A stretch of DNA of 14,218 bases, taken from positions 1-14,218 of the forward strand of contig NW_021825851.1 in the NCBI RefSeq assembly GCF_006345805.1. The letters run 5' to 3'. Made by a program: the position numbers and the translations under genes. This stretch comes from Octopus sinensis (lineage: Eukaryota). Position 1 is the first letter of the stretch; each line of letters starts with the position of its first letter. The notes under the pieces were generated by a model, which was given only the letters and a program-made list of their open reading frames with translations, did no database searches and was not told the DNA's origin. This document shows positions 8,320 to 14,218 of this stretch, piece by piece.

Positions 8320-8500
8320 ACAGGTTGTCCTTGACGTTTAAACTCAGGCCCGCTAAGATCCAGCTGACTCAGGATTCAAAGCATTCCAGCCATGACCTTC
8401 TCGCCTAATAAGCCTATGGTGTTTTGAATGTCGTTCCTGTTTGTATAGTGTGATCTGGGGAGATTTAGATGCTATTTCTTGCAACATGAGCTCACTTATT
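8320..8500 (-). mobile_element. Family D repeat copy
   Basis: aaagcattccagccatgaccttc (8378-8400) and gatctggggagatttagatgctatttcttgca (about 8451-8482). Confidence 0.6.
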
Positions 8501-8589
8501 GGTTCGTTCCTTTACTATTTTTATTGTTGTTATTCTTCTTAACGATGACGACGATGACGATGACGGTGATGATGATGATGAGTCGTAGC

Positions 8590-8765
8590 TCCAGGTTAGA
8601 CCTGGTTAAACGATCTTATACGATCAGAAGCATTTCAGCCATGTTTTCTTTTTTTTTTTTTTTGATTTTCCGAACATTGTGTAACTAAGATACACAATGC
8701 AATTTGAAAGAAATTTGGTTGTTGTTTCTAACAGTTTGAGCGACCACGTAGAGGCTTCTTTGTTC
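8590..8765 (-). mobile_element. Family D repeat copy
   Basis: gaagcatttcagccatg (8627-8643); aatttgaaagaaatttggttgttgtttctaacagtttgagcgaccacgtagagg (about 8701-8754). Confidence 0.6.
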
Positions 8766-8914
8766 TTTCGTCATAATGTTTTTTGCCATTGATGCTGTTT
8801 TTACCAATATCTTTTGCTTATGTTACTCTCATGATTTCTGTTCACCTAAAGTTTTGTTTCTGTTGTTATTGTTGTTGCTTAAAATGTAAATGTTGGTATT
8901 TGTTGTTGTGGTTT

Positions 8915-9115
8915 TGATATAGTCAGTTATTCCTGATCGAACAGATCTCGGCTCAAGGGCAATCCAGCACTCGCCAGCCCATTTTCTACAAGCACATTAC
9001 ATTCAGCAACACACTGTCCAATATGTGTTCCAATTTTTTAAAGGTAATACTGAAGGTATGTTTTAAGAGATATTTAGGTGCCGTTTTTTAGCTGGTCTAG
9101 CGACACGTAGATAGG
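8915..9115 (-). mobile_element. Family D repeat copy
   Basis: cctgatcgaacagatc..aagggcaatccagc; ttttaagagatatttaggtgccgtttttt..ggtctagcgacacgtaga. Confidence 0.55.
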
Positions 9116-9264
9116 TTTGTTTTCCGTCATTCACGGAATTCATTATAAATATGTCGTATTTAGTTTGTCGTTGTCATTGCTTCCCGTCCCCCAGGATCGA
9201 TAACTGCACGTAGAAATCGAGTGCTAGTCTTCTAATAATTATTCGACTATATAATCTGCTCTAA

Positions 9265-9395
9265 GTGCATGCCCTACAGTTGCACACGTGATCATGAGGG
9301 TGTGATTTCGATTCCTAGACACTGAACGAGGCACTTCGATTTGTGTCCTTAAACGAGGCACTTCACTTCCGGTCTATTCGGCTGTAAATTAATTT
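9265..9395 (+). mobile_element. Degenerate tRNA-type SINE, family C (CORE-like)
   Basis: B-box-like tttcgattcc near 9306, CORE-like ttgtgtccttaaacgaggcacttcac, and an internal duplication of aacgaggcacttc (9325 and 9352). Confidence 0.5.
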
Positions 9396-9410
9396 CATCC
9401 AAGTAGACCG

Positions 9411-9414
<4 letters not shown>

Positions 9415-9498
<84 letters not shown>

Positions 9499-9580
9499 TA
9501 TATATATATTTCTCTCTGTCTATCTCTCTATCTCATTTACTTTATCTATCTATTTATCTATCTATCTATCTACTTACCTG
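9415..9580. repeat. Compound (CT)n-(TA)n-(CA)n-(CTAT)n microsatellite
   Basis: Directly visible. Confidence 0.95.
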
Positions 9581-9995
9581 CCAACCTACCTTTCACATCC
9601 TTGATGTTCCAGTGGATCAAGAGAGACCGCGCACAGAGGGTGTCTGCTCACAATTAAACATGTGCCTAAAAAAATTAACGAAAGCATGGTACATGCTACA
9701 AGGTCATGTACGGTTGTGAGTGATGGCTAGGCACTCTTTCTTCATATTTCTTGTAGAACTGGTATTATACCAACGCTACAAATCAATCTTACCCCTAAAA
9801 TTATCATTGCGGCTAAAGCTGTAGAGTGCCAAAGAAAATACCTTCTAGCATTTAATCATGTCCCATTCAAATTGTTCTTTATAATTCCTGATTGATATAA
9901 TAAGAACCTGTCAAATAAAACAGTCGGTATAAAGAATAGGCAAATTCGTTAAAACGCTACACAAAATACTAGAGGTATTTAGTTAGCCCCAATTG

Positions 9996-10487
9996 TCATT
10001 TGAAGTTCAAGCCCTGTTTGGATTACCTTTGCTTTCCATCCTTCCGAGGTTCATAAAATAAGGCCTAGCCAGATATTTGTGTATATTTAACATTCTTATG
10101 AAGCATCTATGAATAAGAAATAAATTACAAGGGAAGACATCATCTGCCTCTTCTGAAACGCTGGCCCTAAAGCCTGGGTAGAAAATTATTTTGACTGTTG
10201 TTATTCGTTGGTTTCCTTGTTCCGCTTCAAGGGTCCCTCATTTTCATTTGAAGTTCAAGCCCTGTTAAGATTACCTTTGCTTTCCATCCTTCTGAGGTTC
10301 ATAAAATAAGACCCAGCCAGATATTTGTGTATATTTAGCATTCTTATGAAGCATCTATAAATGAGAAATAAATTACAATGGAAGCCATCGTATGCCTCTT
10401 ATAAAACGCTGGCCCTTATGCCTGGGTAGAAAATTATTTTGACTGTTGTTATTCGATGGTTTCCCTGTTACGCTTCAAAGGTCCCTC
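9996..10487. repeat. Tandem duplication with a 248-bp period (units 9996-10239 and 10244-10487), each containing a decayed family A SINE body
   Basis: Manual alignment: gap-free, about 20 substitutions in 244 bp. A SINE head remnant (ggcaaattcgttaaaacgc) at about 9939 precedes only the first unit. Confidence 0.95.
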
Positions 10488-10704
10488 CTTCCTGCCTTTC
10501 GGGCTAATAATTCAGACATTTTTTTTTAACTCTAAAATAAACAAGAGTTAATCCTGATTTTCGTAATTAACGCATTTTTGGAAGATTATTCGATTAATGA
10601 ATTACTGAAGCGTTTTGTTTTGCGTTATGCTGTGCTATACGATAAATCTTATTGTTGATGCCGTTGTTGTTGCTAATAATATCATTTGCCGTTATGTGGA
10701 TGAG

Positions 10705-11003
10705 AGCTTATATATGCGTATGTTCGTTTATGCATACATTTGTATGTATATGCACGTCTATATGTATGCGTATATATATATATATATATACTCCCTCACA
10801 TATACACACACACACACATACATGTGAAACATTGTATTATACTCTGTGTGTATGCGTGTGTGTGTGTGTGTGAAATGGAAAACTGGAGGTTTGTATTACT
10901 TATGGGTGCGTTCATGCATGTATATATATATATATATATACATTATATATATGCATATATATATGTATATATATATAATATATATGTATATGCATATATG
11001 TAT

Positions 11004-11078
<75 letters not shown>

Positions 11079-11115
11079 TTTATTTAAAGCAGCAGAAAAT
11101 TCAACAAAATTCAAC

Positions 11116-11169
<54 letters not shown>

Positions 11170-11198
11170 TATGTGTGTGTGTGTGTGTGTGTGTGTGT
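10705..11198. repeat. Compound (TA)n/(CA)n/(TG)n microsatellite block
   Basis: Directly visible. Confidence 0.95.
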
Positions 11199-11875
11199 AG
11201 TTTTGACGCTATTATATTCTATACAATAAATGCTAAATTTTTCCCAATCGATTCTGTGGGTGCAAATTAAATTGAATGGAATACACTGGACAATTGTAAA
11301 CTGTTTTATTTAACTGCATCTTGGACTAAAAATAAAATAATAAAACGAGAAAGCTGGACTGGTTTCAATCCTATATTGGAATCTCACTATTAACTGAGCA
11401 CTTCGCCTATAACAAGCCATGGAGATATTTTACATAACCACTATCAAAGGCTTCAATATATAGAATAAGCTGATTTGCATGATTAACGCATTTTTAGTAG
11501 CCTGTTCCATTTATATATAACTGAAACATTAATCTAATATGAGATCTCCATATAGGATTTAAACTGACGAAGCTGTTGATTATTTTTCTGTCCACAAGTA
11601 TTTGTTTAAAGAAAGTTTACCACTTTTCAATGAATCATAAATATTGGCGGAGAACAAGTAATTCCTCCAAAACAAAAATGGAAGTGGCCAGTCATATTTA
11701 TTACTTTGACCTGTAAAAATAAATGAATAAACTTAGAATATTCCAAAATAGATTAGATAAATTCAAAAGAATAGAGAAGCTGCAGGAACTGGCACAAAAG
11801 GTGTTGAAGGATACTAGCTATCTGTTCGAGGAATTTTACACGAGGTCGACTGGTTTACAAGATTGTTATTATATA

Positions 11876-12042
11876 CTTTTCTACTCTAGGCAGCACAAGG
11901 CCCAAAATTTTTGGGAGAGAGGGCCAGTCGATTAGATCGACCCCAGTACGCAACTGGTACTTAGTTTATCGACCCCGAAAGGATGAAAGGCAAAGTCGAC
12001 CTCGGTGGAATTTGAACTCAGAACGTAAAGATGGACGAAATA
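11876..12042 (-). mobile_element. Well-preserved 5'-truncated SINE family A copy flanked by a 19-bp target-site duplication
   Basis: Minus strand reads tatttcgtccatctttacgttctgagttcaaattccaccgaggtcgactttgcctttcatcctttcggggtcgataaa. Flanks are acaagattgttattatata (11857-11875) and acaaaattgttattatata (12043-12061). Confidence 0.92.
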
Positions 12043-12437
12043 ACAAAATTGTTATTATATAGACAACTTATTTAAATGAGTGGTTCGAATTTATCAAAAG
12101 GTGGGCGACTGTAACAAAAATGGTCAGTTGAATGGAACCACCCTAAGCATTCCCCTGTAGAACAACAGTAGGGATAAGGATTTTACTCTAAGTGGTTAGA
12201 GTGATCCATACTGGATCTGTGTTTCCTTGATTAGTTCTAGGTATAGGTTCTCCTGTATGAGGCGGGCTGCATCATAGATGTGTTCACATATTTTGTAGAT
12301 TTTGTCTACGTTTTTATCTCATCTCACCTTCTGCCATTTCCTTTTATGTAACAGCACCCATACAAATTGTAATCTGTCCATGCAATAACCCCTTCAAGCG
12401 ATGCCCTTGTCGCAAATAAAAGAAATCGTCATCGTCA

Positions 12438-12522
12438 CTATTATTATTATTATTATTGTTATTATTATTATTATTATTGTTATTTTATTATTATTATTAT
12501 TATTGTTATTATTATTATTATG

Positions 12523-12560
<38 letters not shown>

Positions 12561-12627
12561 CATTATTATTATTATTGTTATTATATTATTATTATTATTA
12601 TTATTAGTTTATTATTATTATTATTAT
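12438..12627. repeat. (TTA)n microsatellite
   Basis: Directly visible. Confidence 0.97.
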
Positions 12628-13180
12628 TGAGTGAGAGAGCAGTTCATGCATCAAAGTGACACTGGGGGTTAATATACGAAGCCAGTATACCCATCATGAC
12701 AACCCGTCTGATAAGGGTACACCAGGCACATGCATCACAACCATATGTGCGCGACATGGTGATCTCATATCAAGATAAAACAACACATGACCTTGCATGT
12801 GGGGCCCAGTTAGAAATTGTCTTCAGGTTGAGTAGCCCATCCAGCTCAAAAGGTCCCTGAATAAGGGTTGTCTAAGGATGTTGAAAGAACCACCCATGTT
12901 CAAGAGGTGAATCAATCAAACCAAAGAATCCCTCTCAACACAATGGCTATGATGCTCCCCCACTACTTCTGCTCGTGATCAAGATGCACATATTGTCATC
13001 CACTAAGGGACATGCTTACAAGGTTATGGTCAAACAAACTGAAAGCAAATCTGTGATATTGAGCAGAATATTTGCTGTAGCCCATCTTTTATACCAAGAC
13101 AAAACAATGTACATGGTAACACCCCAAGTCTGTGAAGATCAGAAGCCATGAGGGCCACTGCCTGGTACTGAATCAGGGCA
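12628..13180 (-). mobile_element. 553-bp unclassified interspersed element with a (TAA)n tail on the minus strand
   Basis: Sharp switch to complex, more GC-rich sequence abutting (TTA)n; TG..CA termini; internal TATAAAAG (13093-13086). I recall this sequence as a high-copy octopus repeat, but there is only one copy in the window. Confidence 0.65.
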
Positions 13181-13258
13181 CTGGAGTCGATGTAATCGAC
13201 TTACCCATTATCCTGAAATTGCTGGCCTTGTGCCAATCTTTGCAAACCACTGTTATTA
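13178..13258 (+). mobile_element. SINE family A 3' fragment
   Basis: gcactggagtcgatgtaatcgactta...gaaattgctggccttgtgccaa. Confidence 0.75.
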
Positions 13259-13267
13259 TCTTTAACA

Positions 13268-13503
13268 CGGCGAACCGAAAGAATCGTTAGCACGCCGGAC
13301 AGAACGACTTAACGGCATTTCCTCCGACATTTTACGTTCTGCCAAAATTACGTTCTGCAAACGAGGTTGACTTAGTTTTACTTCCTTTTTGGATCGATAA
13401 AATAAAGTACCAGTCATGTACTGGGATCGATGTAATCGATTAACCCCCCCCCTCTCCCAACACAACATAATTTGCTGGCCTTGTGCTAAAATTTAAAACA
13501 ATA
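13268..13503 (+). mobile_element. SINE family A, near full length
   Basis: gaatcgttagcacgccggac head, duplicated ttacgttctgc, gatcgataaaataaagtaccag, atttgctggccttgtgctaaaattt tail. Confidence 0.8.
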
Positions 13504-13764
13504 GTAATTATTATTGTTAGTGGGCGTGGTGATAATGTTGAAGAGTTATAGTATGGATTGTGGGCGTGTTCTGTTTATACATATTGTTGTTGACACTGAT
13601 GATGGTAGTGGCGATGGTGGGCTGTGTTTGTAGCAGTGGTAGTAATGACGTGTTTGTTGATGTGGTTACCACGGTAACTGATGGCGATGGTTATGTTGTC
13701 GGTGGCAGTTTGGAGATGTTGGCACATAACAGCCGTGCGTTAATGGAGTATGATTGAGCCAGTT

Positions 13765-13841
13765 GTGGTGGTGGTGATGGTGGTGGTGGTAGTTGGTGGT
13801 GGTGTTGGTGGTGGTGGTTGTGATTGTGGTAGTGGTTGTGG

Positions 13842-13873
<32 letters not shown>

Positions 13874-14000
13874 GGTGGTGGTGGTGGTGGTGGTTGTGAT
13901 GGTGGTTGTGGTGGGAATAGTGGCGTCGATGACGAAGAGAGAAAGTGATGCTTACTAGAAGTGGTGGTGTTGGTGGTGGTGGTGGTGGTGTGGTGGGAAT
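13765..14000. repeat. (GGT)n/(GTT)n low-complexity tract
   Basis: Directly visible; source of the spurious poly-P/T/H ORF 13666-14184. Confidence 0.95.
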
Positions 14001-14218
14001 AGTGGTATTGTTTGTGCTGTAGTATTGGTGCTGTTTGTAGGCGAGAGCGCGCGCGCGTGTGTAGGCATGTGACGTGCAAAGTCTGTAGTTGTATATTGAT
14101 GGTGATGTGGAAATAATTTTGGTGATATTGTATTGGCAATGGCACGTAAGGGTTACTGGTGTTGGGGTGGTAGTGCTTCTGCACCTTCGACTGCTACCGT
14201 TGTCGGTTCTGTGTAGTG

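Noticed and set aside
11799-11807. T-box half site AGGTGTTGA (autoregulation)
   Set aside because: Single short motif expected by chance, with no supporting cluster.
11723-11935. 70-aa ORF MNKLRIFQNRLDKF...
   Set aside because: Runs into the SINE insertion and stops shortly after the TSD once the SINE is removed; only a vague resemblance to LINE C-termini, not enough to call.
12456-12659. Poly-L/Y/I ORF resembling a signal or transmembrane peptide
   Set aside because: Translation of the (TTA)n microsatellite.
13665-13678. GTTACC-AC-GGTAAC inverted repeat; also the CTATAGCTATAG palindrome near 6731
   Set aside because: Short palindromes of this size are expected by chance in 14 kb.
13666-14184. 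172-aa Pro/Thr/His-rich ORF on the minus strand
   Set aside because: Driven by (ACC)n/(AAC)n repeats; no domain or convincing exon boundaries.

Overview
AT-rich, microsatellite- and SINE-dense animal genomic DNA. The repeat families match my recollection of octopus (coleoid cephalopod) repeats; this was not checked against a database. The one well-supported gene feature is on the minus strand: the first coding exon (1930-1408) of a Tbx20 (H15/midline)-type T-box transcription factor. It is identified by the motif [19 protein letters not shown] (eh1 Groucho-binding motif; human TBX20 SPKPQLSSRANAFSIAALM) and a phase-1 GTAAGT donor after ...SPL. The T-box exons are not in the window and should lie left of position 1. 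Positions 1-1407 are the start of intron 1. Positions 1931-14218 are the 5' leader and upstream region: trinucleotide tracts, about 15 copies or fragments of one tRNA-type SINE family, two other tRNA-type SINEs, about 7 decayed copies of a (CAA)n-tailed repeat, a 248-bp-period tandem duplication, a 553-bp TG..CA element and possible LINE and Penelope remnants. Almost all other ORFs in the track are translations of simple repeats. I found no firmly supported new biological system. The most interesting testable hypotheses are an intronic polyadenylation site giving an eh1-only Tbx20 isoform, and a fold-back between the poly-Ser codons and an upstream complementary repeat tract (a potential ADAR substrate).
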